Assembly (NCBI RefSeq): GCF_009914755.1
Contig: NC_060928.1
Source: the human T2T-CHM13v2.0 reference genome, Homo sapiens
DNA: 64,000 bases
Reading direction: 5' to 3' (one strand)
The position numbers and the translations under genes were made by a program. Shown piece after piece: positions 1 to 13,529 of this stretch (its first letter is position 1; each line of letters starts with the position of its first letter). The notes beneath the pieces are model-generated. The model saw only the letters and a list, made by a program, of their open reading frames with translations. It was not told where the DNA came from and did no database searches.

Positions 1-156
1 AAGACTTTGGGGATACATGAAGACATTCTTAAAAGACTTTAAGCTTAATTATGGGAGAAGAAGACACAGTTAACTTGGCACCAGAAAGAAGAGGTAGCAG
101 TAGCAGAACTGACAGAGAGAAATGTCAGTTCCATCATAAAGAGGCATTTCTAATAC

Positions 157-877
157 TGAGAGACAGGACTAGCTGGATTTCCCAGGCCGAATAAGAATTC
201 CTAAGCCTAGCTGGGAAAGGTGACCGCACCCACTTTTAAACATGGGGCTTGTAACTACTCAGCTCACACCCAACCAATCAGGTAGTAAATAGGCTCACTA
301 AAATACAAATTAGGCTAAAGCAGGAGGTAAAGAAATTGTCAAATCATATATCGCCTGAGAGCACAGGGGGAGGGACAATGATCGAGATATAAACTCAGGC
401 ATTCAAGCAGGGAGTGGGCAACCCCTTTGGGTCCCCTCCCGTTGTATGGGAGCTCTGTTTTCACTCTATTAAATCTTGCAAACTGCACACTCTCTGGTCT
501 GTGTTTGTTCTGGTTCGAACTGAGCTTTCACTCGCCGTCCACCACTGCTGATTGCCGTCGTTGTAGAAGCCACCACTGACTTCCACCCCTCCGGATCCGG
601 CAGGGTATCCGCTGTGCTCCTGATCCAGCGAGGTGCCCACTGCCACTCCTAATCGGGCTAGAGGCTCGCCATTGTTCCTGCACGGTCTAAGTGCCCAGGG
701 TTCATCCTAATCGAGCTGGATAGAGCTATAACACTCACCGCATGCATGGCCCAAGATTCCATTCCTTGGAATCCGTGAGGCCAAGAACCCCAGGTCAGAG
801 AACAAGAGGCTTGCCGCCACCTTGGAAGCGGCCCGCCACCATCTTGGGAGCTCTAAGAACAAGGACCCCCGGTAACA
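157..877 (+). mobile_element. Solo LTR17 (HERV-W/ERV1 LTR)
   Basis: Starts TGAGAGACAGGACTAGCTGGATTT and ends AAGGACCCCCGGTAACA (TG...CA). 4-bp TSD ATAC at 153-156 and 878-881. CCAAT 274-278, TATAAA 388-393, ATTAAA 468-473. Confidence 0.92.
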
Positions 878-919
878 ATACCACCAAGTCTGTTCAATGA
901 ACCAAAGAAGGCTGCCCTG

Positions 920-1065
920 AGAAATACGGGATTCCCCAACAGGGTTGCTGATGCTGTGAACCTTTGTCAACAGCATTCTAGGAAAGATTCCCAAAGTGGA
1001 TGGGAAATTAGGCCTTAATGACCTTTAGGATTCCTTTCAACTTTAAGACCGTTCTATGATTTCAT
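920..1065 (+). mobile_element. L3/MIR3-like 3' end fragment
   Basis: gacctttaggattcctttcaactttaag...ttctatgatt resembles the shared CR1/L3-MIR3 3' tail. Confidence 0.45.
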
Positions 1066-1689
1066 CCATTTTTAATGGGCTTTTTAGTTGCGGCTCACAA
1101 GTCTGAACAAAGATCAGATTGCTCCCAAACCCTTGCCCATGATCCATGGTTGTACATAAAGAGCTCAGTGGGTAACAAAGACGATGATCTGAGCAACTCA
1201 GCAAAGCAAGCAACAAGCTAGCAAACATACCTATGCCCGAAATAGCAAAATAATCCCTCCCCCAAAGACAAAGAAGTATGATCCCAACTGTCAGGAGATT
1301 CCTAGATCATCTGCACTCTCTGGGTTTAATTTGGAGGATAAAAATTGGCTTCTCAGACAAACTCATTTTAATACTTACTCTCTCCAGCCTTCAGAGGCAG
1401 TTTTAATTGAGAGCCTTCAACTGTTTCCACGGAAACAACAATCATTGGGGGGCTGAGCTGGACTGCAGATTCTACTTATTTAATCCTAAATTCTGGCAAA
1501 GATAGAGCTGCAAACAGATACTACAGCGTGCTGGGGGGAACTAATCTCCCACAAAGCATAGGAAAGACTACCAAGAACTTTATTTTTAATTGATTCAGAA
1601 TATACCCACGTAGTTATCAGTTGAAAACTAACTCAAATCTTTTTTTTCCTGGGTGAAAAGAATATATCCTTTATCTACTTATTTAAAAT

Positions 1690-2205
<516 letters not shown>

Positions 2206-2404
2206 TACCTCAAATCTTGAAACACAAGAAGTGAATGTGGAAGTCAATGCCCAATGGCCAGTATTTTTCCCCTTGGGATTAGGGAAAATTAGGGATTACT
2301 TACCTAGCAGGAGAAAAAAAACAGACTTATTCTTTCATCTGTGCACAATTTCCCAACATTCACTGAAGAGCAGCAGTTTTATTGCTTTTGACTACACAGA
2401 GGGA

Positions 2405-2739
<335 letters not shown>

Positions 2740-2939
2740 CTAAAGATGGGGTCTCTTTCTGGACTTTTTAATTTCATTCAGCTCAATTTGACAGATGAGT
2801 AAGAAGTGCTAGTATATGCCTGCTGAAGAGTAATTATAATTAAACCTTGTAGTTGACAAGAAGCTGTAAGAAAAAAAATCTAAGATTACAGTTAAGTCTG
2901 CCAAGCAATTTAAAACAGGCACCAGATTCACAGTAAATC

Positions 2940-3440
2940 CTTAGGAATGTGCAAGAACACCACCAGCAGACACCTAGTCTTCTGGGAACCTGAGGCCCCC
3001 GCCTCTTCTGGGAACAGCACCACCTCCTCCTTGTAAGGATGCCTTCGCCCCTCCTTTCACTCCATGACCCCTCAGAGCTGCCAAGATCTCATACAATCCT
3101 GCTGGCCTGGTGAGGGCTGAGAAGCCTGGATTCCCTTCCTAAAGTGCCAGGATTTAGAACAGGCACCTTTCTCTAGTGGCTGAGACTCTAAAATGCCAAA
3201 CTCCAGAGCCTTGTGAAGCATGTCATATTTCCTACCAAGTGGAGAAAGTCAGACAGCAGTGAGAAGCAGAAAACCGCGCTCAAGAAGAAACAAAGAACAA
3301 GAGTAGGGAGGGAAAATCCAGACAGCATTATAAATCCCCAGTCCAGTGGTTCCTGAGGCCTGCCCTAGAGCTCTATGTGTCACTCCAGGAGCCTTAGATA
3401 CACTCCCTTGATTGCTTATGCTGGTTCTCTTTGGGTCTTC
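2940..3440 (+). mobile_element. Ancient ERVL-type LTR remnant (LTR16/LTR33-like)
   Basis: cttctgggaac...ccagtggttcctgaggcc motifs recall ERVL LTRs; heavily diverged. Confidence 0.3.
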
Positions 3441-3892
3441 ATTTGCATCTGCGAAGTCCTGCACAACACAAAAGCTTTGAATACACTATGCTTCAGTCCT
3501 CCATGCACGTAAACGCACACACAGACATGCACATAGACACACAGACACACGCACGTGGTCGAAGCTGGGAAAAAATGTGGGTATAGGGAGCAAAGGGATG
3601 TGCCAGGTTTTAAATGGTCATTTTCCCCAGCTGGCTGATATTTCAAGTCAACGTAGTAATTAAGCCGGTGTAAACAGTCTCATTCATGTTAACTCACTAT
3701 GAATTCAGCATCATCAATGAAATGAGCAGTTCTGTGGAACTCTTATGGAACTTTTAGGTGATTTGTCTATGTTACTGACAAATAATGCATAACATGGTTT
3801 AACCTCCAATTCTGCATGTAAACTTGAATGTTCAGCCCTTGAGTTTAAATACCAACTTTTAAAACCTCAAACACGGAAAAAAATCAATACAT

Positions 3893-4170
3893 TGGGAGGC
3901 CGAGGTAGGGGGATTGCCTGAAGCCAGAAGTTGAGACCAGCCTGGGCAATAAAACAAGACCCCATCTCTAGAAAAAATTTAAACATAAGTCAGGTACACT
4001 GGTGTGTGCCTGTAGTCCTAGCTACTTGGGAGGCTGAGGCAGAAAGATCACTTGAGCCCACGAGTTGGAGGCTGCAGTGAGCCATGATCATATCACTGCA
4101 CTCCAGCCTGGGCAACAGAGTGAAATCACATCTCAAAAAGTAATAAAACATAAATAAGTAAATAAATACA
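3893..4170 (+). mobile_element. AluJ, 5' truncated
   Basis: gatcacttgagccc...gaggctgcagtgagccatgatc (J diagnostics), taaa-type tail. Confidence 0.88.
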
Positions 4171-5334
4171 AAATGTTATTTGACTACTCTCTTCTGTACC
4201 TGTTTATGCCAGAAGTGCACACACAGAGCTTGGCATCTATATTCCATAGGAAGTTCTCATCCTTCTCCTACCTGAATCCTACAAGCATAGCAAGCCCTGG
4301 GGGCTAAAGATGTCAAGGGTACTAGACTTTGCAGATAACATCAGAAAATATCCCATGAAGCTGAACCTAACTGGAACAAGGATAAATGAGTGAGAAGCAG
4401 AGTAACGGGCCACACACAGTTATTTCCATCCGTTTTAGTTGACATATGAAAGTGAGATTCTGAACAGTAGTAGCAGAAACAGAAAGATTCAGAATGAGAG
4501 AGAGCCAGAGACCAAGACTGCAGGTGATGAGAAAAATATATTCAAGATGATCGATTCAGAATGCTATGTGGGAAGAATTCCTCTACATATATCTTATTAA
4601 TACATTAAAATTTTATTAGTAAGAACTGATATAAATGAATATATTCGTAAGAATTCTTCGTATGCAGACTATATGCTATGTCAATATTCTTCTTAGGATC
4701 CTTAATCTTCTCTTCTCCTGCCTCTGAGGTCTACAGCTGTTGTTGCAGCAGGCAGCAGAGGCAAAAAACAAATTGACCATAACATAAAGTGCTGCTATAA
4801 AGACAAAATGAATAGCAGTCAATTTAAAAAGTTGAAAGAAAAAAATATATTCAACAAATTGGCCATTCTGCAAATTAGCTTTTGGACAACTAACTCTGGC
4901 ATATCCACTTGAAGCCTTTAAGAGATGATTCTGCAATAGGAGATTTCCATTATCCACTAGGTACCAGACAGCATCTCTCATAACTTAGCAAAGAGACCAG
5001 TATATGTCTAAGAAGAAATAAGACACATTAGTGGTCCATGTCTGAGGCAATAGGATTGTAACAGAAGTTTAGAGAGCCAACAAGCAACAATGTATCCATT
5101 TGCACCCATCTTGGTACAAGGGAGACTCTGATATTCCAGCCACTTAGACTAGCCTGCTCTAGAGTGGGGCAGAGAGAGCATTCCAGAATCAACCTCCTCC
5201 TGAACAAACCATCCTGAACTGTACTTAAGCCAATGAGGCTCACCTCCAATATCGCCTGGGATCCAAGTAAATCCAAAACTCAGAAAGTGGGGTAGCCTGG
5301 ACAATGGGGGAGACAGACAAACAGACAGACACTA

Positions 5335-5570
5335 ATACAGACTAGCTTGTCTTGAATCCCAATGCTAAGCCAAATTGAGGCTTAGGCAGATGAAGTAACC
5401 TGCCTAAGATCGCACTTACTACCTGTGTCATCTTAGGCAGATTACCTCATCTGCCTAAGCCTCAATTTCTGTATCTGTGAAAATGGTACTCTATGTCCTA
5501 AGGTTATTATGAGGATGATGGAAACAATCCAAGTAAATCCAAACACGATGTGAAGTGCTTCGAATATAAT
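5335..5570 (+). mobile_element. MIR carrying a 39-bp inverted insertion
   Basis: cagact...tgaatccc...gcca[insert]cacttactacctgtgtcatcttaggcag...gcctcaatttctgtatctgtgaaaatgg follows the MIR core. Confidence 0.75.
5372..5468. repeat. Inverted repeat: 39-bp arms (5372-5410, 5430-5468), 2 mismatches, 19-nt loop
   Basis: aaattgaggcttaggcagatgaagtaacctgcctaagat versus reverse complement of arm 2, aaattgaggcttaggcagatgaggtaatctgcctaagat. Confidence 0.95.
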
Positions 5571-6205
5571 AAGAATTAAATAAAAGTATATTGCCATAAT
5601 CACTGTTATCACTATTATATTAATAATATAATTATTAGAACAAGAAGAAGACACCAGACACTGTAGAGGCACCCAGGAGGAGTGTCTAACCCAACTGCAC
5701 TGGAGAAGAAACTGTTTTGCTCTGGGTACTTGCCCTGCCTGACCCCCTCTAAGGAAAGCCATGGCCACAGTTGATGATCATGCCTAACAGAGGTGACAGT
5801 CACTAACTTGTTAATAAGATCTTCTTTTGGGGGGAATTGGAAATAATCTAAGACATGGAGAGAAAAGGCAGAAGAGGGAGGCCATGAGGAAGCTGAAGCC
5901 AGGAGTAGGCAGAAGCCATGAGTGGTGGAAGCTTAGGGTACTGAGAAGTGGTGCAGCAGAGAAGAAAGCAGGGAGGAGTCAGTGACTGCGGTAAGACAGC
6001 AGTGGTGTTGCCACGATGGTGGCACATGGAACCAGGAGCAAGGATACCTCTGTTGCTGGGGTGCTGACTGGCACACTGGTTGTCAGTCACCACTCTGGAG
6101 TGACCTTCCAGTGGCTGAACTATGTTCTATCCCCGTTAGATCTGGCTGTTCAGTGGTTTGATGAACACAGTATGTCTCAGTAAGAATGTGAAAAACCAGC
6201 CAACC

Positions 6206-6509
6206 GGCCAGGCGCAGTGGCTCATGCCTGTAATCCCAGCACTCTGGGAGGCCGAGGCGGGTGGATCAAGAGGTCAGGAGATCGAGACCATCCTGGCTAA
6301 CGTGGTGAAATCCTGTCTCTACTAAAAATACAAAAAATTAGCCAGGTGTGGTGGTGGGAGTAGTCCCAGCTACTCGGGAGGCTGAGGCAGGAGAATGGCA
6401 TGAACCCGGGAGGCGGACCTTGCCCATGCCAGTGAGCTGAGACTGCGAAACTGCACTACAGCCTGGGAGACAGAGAGAGCCTCCATCTCAAAAAAAAAAA
6501 AAAAAGGAC
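6206..6509 (+). mobile_element. AluY-like
   Basis: Full dimer; TSD aaaccagc(c/t)aacc on both sides. Confidence 0.9.
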
Positions 6510-7831
6510 AAACCAGCTAACCTTCCCTCTCCTCATTAGTGCCTTATTCATTCAGCTGTCTCTGGAATTTAAGCAGCTTCTTCCCCATGCTTCTGCAATA
6601 AAGGAATATGTTCTGAGTAACTATTTCTTCTTGAAAGAGGTTTCTATGCACATGCAGAAACGAAAAGGCAAACAAAACTCCAGAAGGGTTCCACACCAAT
6701 AAACTTCAGGAGTGTCTGTGTTTTTTTTTTTCATCACCAGCACAGAGGAGCCTCTGTGTGCCACCTGGCAAGCTTCTTCTCGCAACCCACACAGAAAAGA
6801 AATACAAAAATAGCATTAATAAACCCCAAGGTCTGGGACTCTTCTGCTTTTGCATATACAAGCACATTCCTTCCAACTGCTGGATAAGAAAGAGAGAGAG
6901 ACAGGCCTATGAAATGTGTACCCAAAGCTGGGCCAGATGGACCCCTTTGAGATTTATGAGACTAGCTCTTGATTCACCAACCCCTCCATAAACCAGATCC
7001 TACTGACAACAGTTTTCCTAGAGTAAGAGATAGAGAAGGATTTCCCTAGTGAGAAAGGGTAACGAGGAATGACATTTCAAAGAAAATACAGCTACTCAGC
7101 GAGGGGTGATCCTGGAGAGTTAGAAATGTGGTTCTAAACAGTATGCACAGTAAGAACAAATAGAGACCACAGGGCCACAGAGGAACCTGCCCCTATAAAA
7201 ACTTGTCAAAGATGCTCCGCCACTCTGTAAAACTCCAAACATCCATCTATCTAAGGAACTGCTGCAGAGGCCAGAGTGACGACTAGGAATGAGAAGAAAG
7301 CCTGTCAGGCCCTGAACAGTCCAGGGAGATGTAAGGGAGCAAGAGCAGCTTAGTTCATGCCTGGCAAAGAGATACAAGGATAAAAGACGACTAGCTGCTT
7401 CAAAGGTGCATGGCTCCTTCCCATTTTTTCTTGTCAAAAAAGGTCATTAGTGAAACTCAAGTAATCCTTTTTTTGCAGATTAAAAAGTGGCCATGACCTG
7501 CCTTTGAGGAGAAGAGGAGAAGGAGGGGTAGTCATCTTTTAGGTCTCCATACAATCCTGCAATCAAGTAGCTGCTGGGGAGGCCAGCGGTACCAAGTTCC
7601 ATCAGGTGGCACTGCTCACAGGCAGGGAAACTACCATCTCTACACACTCTGGTGAGAGCCACTGCCCCATCAGCGTGGAAACAGCCACATGCAAAAGCGC
7701 AGCCTTTCAGAAATCACCCATGTTCTCAGCCATTCCCAGATATTTTCATTTACATTCAGAAGACGGGAGACATACCTAGAAACATTCCAGCCTAGGTGTA
7801 AAGTTTAAGCTGAAAGATTTAATAGAGGTTC

Positions 7832-8499
7832 TGGTATGGACTAAATGTTCGTGACTCCCCCAAATTCACATTCTGATACCCTAAGCCCCCGTGTGGTAGT
7901 ATTTTGAGGTGGGGCCTTTGGGAGGTAATTAGGTTTGGAAGATGTCATGAGGGTGGGACCCCCATGATGGGATTAGTGTCTTTATAAGAAAAGGAAGAGG
8001 CTGGGCACAGTGGCTCACACCTGTAATCCCAGCACTTTGGGAGACTGAGGCGGGCAGATCATGAGGTCAGGAGTTTGAGACCAGCCTGGCCAACACAGTG
8101 AAACCCCGTCTCTACTAAAAATACAAAAATCAGCCAGGCGTGCGCCTTGTAGTCCCAGCTACTCGGAAGGCTGAGCAGGAGAACTGCTTGAATCCAGGAG
8201 GCGGAGGTTGCAGTGAGCCGAGATCGTGCCACTGCACTCCAGCTTGGGTGACACAGAGAGACTCCATCTCAAAAAAAAAAAAAAAAAAGAAAAGGAAGAG
8301 ACCAGGGCCCTCCCTCTCTCACTCTGCCATGCCAGCACACAGCAAAAAGGCGGCTGCAAACCGAGGGCCCTCGCCAGGAACTGAATCTGTCACCACCTTG
8401 ATCTTGGACTTCCCAGCCTGGCGAACTGTGAGAGAGAAATGTTTGTTATTTAAGCCACCCAGTCTATAGTATTTTGTTACAGCAGCCTGAGCTAAAACA
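7832..8499 (+). mobile_element. MLT1A-type MaLR LTR split by an Alu
   Basis: tggtatggactaaatg...ttaagccacccagtctatagtattttgttacagcagcctgagctaaaaca; imperfect 5-bp TSD ggttc/ggctc. Confidence 0.82.
7999..8286 (+). mobile_element. AluS (Sg/Sx-like) inserted in MLT1A
   Basis: Full dimer; TSD aagaaaaggaaga at 7986-7998 and 8287-8299. Confidence 0.92.
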
Positions 8500-8597
8500 G
8501 GCTCTGATCATGGTGCCCCTAAACTCAAGTGAAAAAAGGTGAAGTCTGGACTAGCGGCAGGTGACCCTCTATTCTGGGACCTCAAAAATATGAGACT

Positions 8598-9050
8598 CGT
8601 TCATTTATTGAGCAAATACTTTCATGAGGATCACCTGTGAGTTGCCAGGTATTATGTCAGTCAAGGGTATTTCTAGCAAAACATCCAGTGACACCCTCAG
8701 GAGCTGAGTCTAGAGGGGAGACGGTTAAGAACAGAGTGCATGGAGCAGAGGCACAAGCAGTGGGTGTTATGGGGGTGCATGGGGAGGGGCAGAAGGTCCT
8801 ATCAGTAAGAGTGCAGACAAAGCGACAGGATCTGGCCCAGTGGGGCCTCTATGTGACAAGCGGTGAGAAGAGATGAAGAGGCTGGTTGGGCGAGGCTGGG
8901 TTTGTATCTGAGGGCATTTGGAGCAGAGGAAGCTCCAGGCCATTTCTGAATTTAGAAGCCCGCTCAGGTGGCAGTCACGTGCTGTGGAAGCAGCTAGCAG
9001 GCTCTGGGGTGATCCGGGTGAGATCTGCTGAAGGCCTGAATAAAAGCAGC
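8598..9050 (-). mobile_element. L2 3' fragment
   Basis: ttcatttattgagcaaatac...tgccagg...ccctcaggagctgagtctagagggg is the reverse L2 3' end. Confidence 0.55.
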
Positions 9051-9084
9051 ACCAAAAGAACTACACTTCTCAGCAGTGACTCCA

Positions 9085-9260
9085 GCCAGGCACTGGGCTA
9101 CCTGGACTACTTCACCCTCACCAGAAACCAGCCAGGCAGGCACTCTTACCCATGTGAGGAGACAGACACAGAGAGGAACTAACATGCCCAGGTAGCCCAG
9201 GTCAGGAAGTGACAGAGCAGGGTTCTGAGCCTGGGCCGCCTGACCCAAGAGCAGGGTTCA
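9085..9260 (-). mobile_element. MIR fragment
   Basis: cacagagagg...taacatgcccagg...gaagtgacagagcagggtt...ctgacccaagagc. Confidence 0.55.
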
Positions 9261-10547
9261 CACCACTCCCTGTGATCTATTGCTGGAAGTTGGGGTAGCA
9301 GCTGGCAGGAGGATTCTTATTTCCAACGTAACATCATACATATGTTTCTAAAATTTTAAGAAAAATATACACAATATGTTATAACATTCTTGCCTCTGAT
9401 TTCACTGATCACTATCTGAAAACCAAAGTGAGTAGGAGACAAGACCTCCCAACCACACCCCACCTCCACCACCGCCGACAAAGGACATCTTTCTTTTGTG
9501 CGCCTCGGTGAAATCTGGCAGGGACAAAAGGGGTCAGAGGAGGACTGAGAGGCAAGGTTTCTCTGGAGAAAGCAGTTGCTGTGCTGTGACACCACTGCCC
9601 AGGGCCTGGGGGTGGAGTGTGGATAGCCTCTTTCTCACCCTAAACCTTAGGAGGAGTTCCAAGGGCACCTCCCGGGAGCTCTGAAGTGGTTCTCTGCACT
9701 TGACCCGCACAGCCATTAGGGCCCGACTCTGCCTAGGAAGGGGCTGTGGGCTGCCTCCTGCCCTTGCAACCTAGAGAGAGAAGGGCCGGCTGGCTGCTCT
9801 GGTATCAGAAGTAGGTGAGGACAGGCAATGGGCTGTTCTGGGGGCACTGACCTCGCTCCCAGATGAGTATGTCCTGGAGAAAACACGGGGACAGCACGGA
9901 AGAGGTGGCCTGAGGTCATCCTGGACGCTGTCAGATAGGGCTGCCTGCAGGCGTGTGAAGAAGTGACCTCAGAGGGCAGAGCTCAGAGGTGCACTGGCTG
10001 AGGAAGGTGGCCAGGGATGAGCAGGGCTGCCAGGTGGTCACCTGGAATTGAGATGGCTACCAAGCTCAAGGAAATCACTAGGCACAGGGACTCAGCAGGG
10101 GAGCTTCACAAAGACCAGGATATTCTCCTCTTTAACTTCCACCAGGCCCAGAGAGCACAGCCCACCCCAGCTTCTGCCCGGGCAGGCGGTGGGCAGAGGC
10201 ATCTGGGCAGGGCCAGGGGCCAGAAGGAGGATGCAGAGGGCAAGGGCCCATGTTCCCTTCCCTCCTCAGGGGCCAAGGCTGATGGGCTCGGCAGGGAGAA
10301 CATTTTAATGCAAAGTTAGGTTTGCAGTTTTATTATCCAGCCCTGTCTAATCACTGGGCCTGGATCTGTGCCTCAAAGTGAGAGAAGGACTGTGATATCT
10401 GAGAGTGAACAACAAAGTCATTGAATTTTTGACCCAACTAAATTTTCATCCCTAAGAAACCCCACTGAATACAGTTTAAAGGGGAATACATAGAGAAACA
10501 TTAAATTTTCTTCCCATATACTTCATGTGTGTGTGAAACATTACTGA

Positions 10548-10911
<364 letters not shown>

Positions 10912-12324
10912 GGTTTCCAGCTCTTTAGATACAACAGAGAACTTGAGGGAATCATTGGGATAATTGAGGAAAAGAATCACAATCTACTTTCAGTCAATAA
11001 AACCAAGTCTTCATAGAAGTATTTTCAGCATCTCAGTAATGTCTCCTTAAAGAAGTTTCAATGTTAAGAAATCTATTTTTTTCTGCTCAAGTCATCTGAG
11101 TAACCATTTTCCTCTATTGCCTCCCTCAGGCAACAGAAACTGGCCTGTACTGCTATGACATTCCTGAATCAATGAATCTCACTGAATTTTCCTTCCTCGG
11201 CAAATAGGGAAAGGTTTTCCAAGGTGAGTCTCCTGTATAATTGTGACAGGAAGAACTGGAGTGTTCTGCATTGAGACCTAAAATCACAGACAGTGGGCTG
11301 GGAAAAACCCTCCAGGAAAAAGAAACATCATCTACAGCAAAGCCAAGGAGAAAAGCAATATGGGGGCTAGAGCTCCTCTAATTCCCCCTTCTCCCTACTG
11401 GGATCAGCACTGGGCACCAGTTCTTTCCTTCCAATCACCCCTAGAGAACCCAGCGTAGTGAGTGCAATGGAGGATGACAGGGGACTGGCCAGAGGACTGG
11501 GAGGGAGAGGGCCAGACTTCCAGTTTGACATCTCTGTGCCTTGGTTTCCCCACCTATGAAATAGAATGTCATTCTCTTAAAGTTAACTTGAGGGGATCCA
11601 GAAGTCAGGGAAGTGCAAATGCAACTCCTTTATAAAAAGTGGTATTTTTTTCCTGTGTAGCATTTTACAACGTGTAAAGCTCTTTTTGCATGTTCTCATT
11701 GGCTTAGTCACAAACAGCTTCTGGGCATCCATTGTGTAGGAGGCATTGTGGTAGGAACTGAGAATAAAGGGCAAAGACAGGCTCCTGTCCTCAAGGAGTT
11801 TCCAGGCCAGACAAGCCAGGAGTAGGTATCCACTCTGCTTAGTGGGCTAGGTGCTGTATTAGGGAGGCAGGGGCAGAATGGGAACATTCAATTCACACTA
11901 AGGACCAGGGAAAGGCATTTTCCCTCCTCTGAAAAGCTGAGTCCTCCCTCGCCCCAATACCTTTATTTCTAATTGTGAGTGATCACTCTCCCTCTTGCTC
12001 CCACTTAAGAACTAAGTAATAAGCATAAGAGTTGAGCAAAACGGAAAAGGAATGGCATCCCTAATTTTTCCATGAAATGAGATAATCATATATAGATTTC
12101 CACTTTTACGAGAGAAGTAATTTTCTTCTTTTCTGATATAGACAATATATATATTTTGTTTCTAACCCCGTATTATTCTCAAATCAGACTTCAGAAACCA
12201 CACGTATTTACCTCCTTTTATTCTGTAAGAATCGCTAATATAGTATGCTTACTGGAGATGTGAGGCAAGTACTGACTTCTATAACTCCATGACATAGCCA
12301 GTGTTTTAAAGAATGCTGTCATTG

Positions 12325-13500
12325 CTCATTTGCTCATTCATTCTTTCATAAGCAATACCTCTTGAATACTTGCTATGTGCCATCTAACATTCTAGGTACT
12401 AGAGTGTGGTAATAAATAAAAAGTCCAGGCAATAAACTTGTTAGCGTCTAAGTGATGAGTCGCATGAGAAGGAAAAACACAAGGAAGGGGAAGAAAGGGC
12501 TAGGTCAAAGGTGACATTTGAGAAGAAACCAGGAAGTAGAAGATAGCACTCATGTGGTTTTCTGGGGAAGAGCATGCCAGTCAGGGGCAAGTGCAAAGGC
12601 CCTGGGGTTGTGGGGGTATGTTTGGGATGCGGGAGGAATAGCAAGTTGATAAGTAGGACCATAGGACACAGTGAGGAAGCACACAGTATGAAAGCAAATG
12701 TCACACAGGCCATGGGCACCATATATGGCTTTGAGTGAGAAGATAAGCTCACTGGAGGGCTAGAAGCAGAGAAGTAAAAGGATCTGTCTTACATTTCCAA
12801 AGGATCACTCCAGCTGCTGCACAGAGACAGCCCTAGGGTGAGGGTCAGGGTGCAAGAGCAGAGGCAGGGAGATAATTGGAGGCTTCTGCACAAATGCAGG
12901 CAAGATGTGGTGGCCACTTAGAACAGGGTATAACAGCGGAGGTGGTGGAAGAAATCGGATTTTCAATATAGTTTCAAAGTAGAGCTGACAGTATTTGCTG
13001 ATGGGCTGAATATGGTATGAGGAGAAAAGAAAGCAGAGTGTCAGGAATGAGCAAGTAGAAGAGTGGAGTTGTTTCTTTACCGCAATTGGGAAGAGCAGGT
13101 TGGGAGGGCATGAGAATCACTTGTGTTGTTTTGAATGTGTTAAGTTTCAGAAGCCTACCAGGCATTTCAGTGTGGATGCTGGCTATGCAAGTCTAGAATT
13201 CAGATGAGGTTGGAAGCAAAAATATTCATTTGGAAGTCATCAGTGACAGATGGCATGTAAAGCCCCAAGTCTAGATGAGATTTCTTAAGACGAGTCAAAG
13301 CTCAGACTGAGCCTTGGGCACTCCAAAATTTAGAGGTCAGGGAAATGAGGTGGAACTAGCAAACACATGTGAGAAGGCACCACCTGTGAGGTATGGAAAC
13401 CAGGAGAGTGTGATATCCTGGAAGCCAAGTGAGGAAAACGTTTCTCGAATTGAGGAGTGATGTATTATGCCTTAGTCCTTGCTTTGCTGATAAAGGTTCC
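12325..13500 (-). mobile_element. L2 (L2a-like), about 1.2 kb
   Basis: ctcattcattc...tgctatgtgcc...ggatcactccagctgctg...tttagaggtcagggaaatgagg...ggaagccaagtgagg; continuous reverse L2. Confidence 0.8.
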
Positions 13501-13529
13501 CAAGTACCTGGATGAGAAAATGATGTGCT

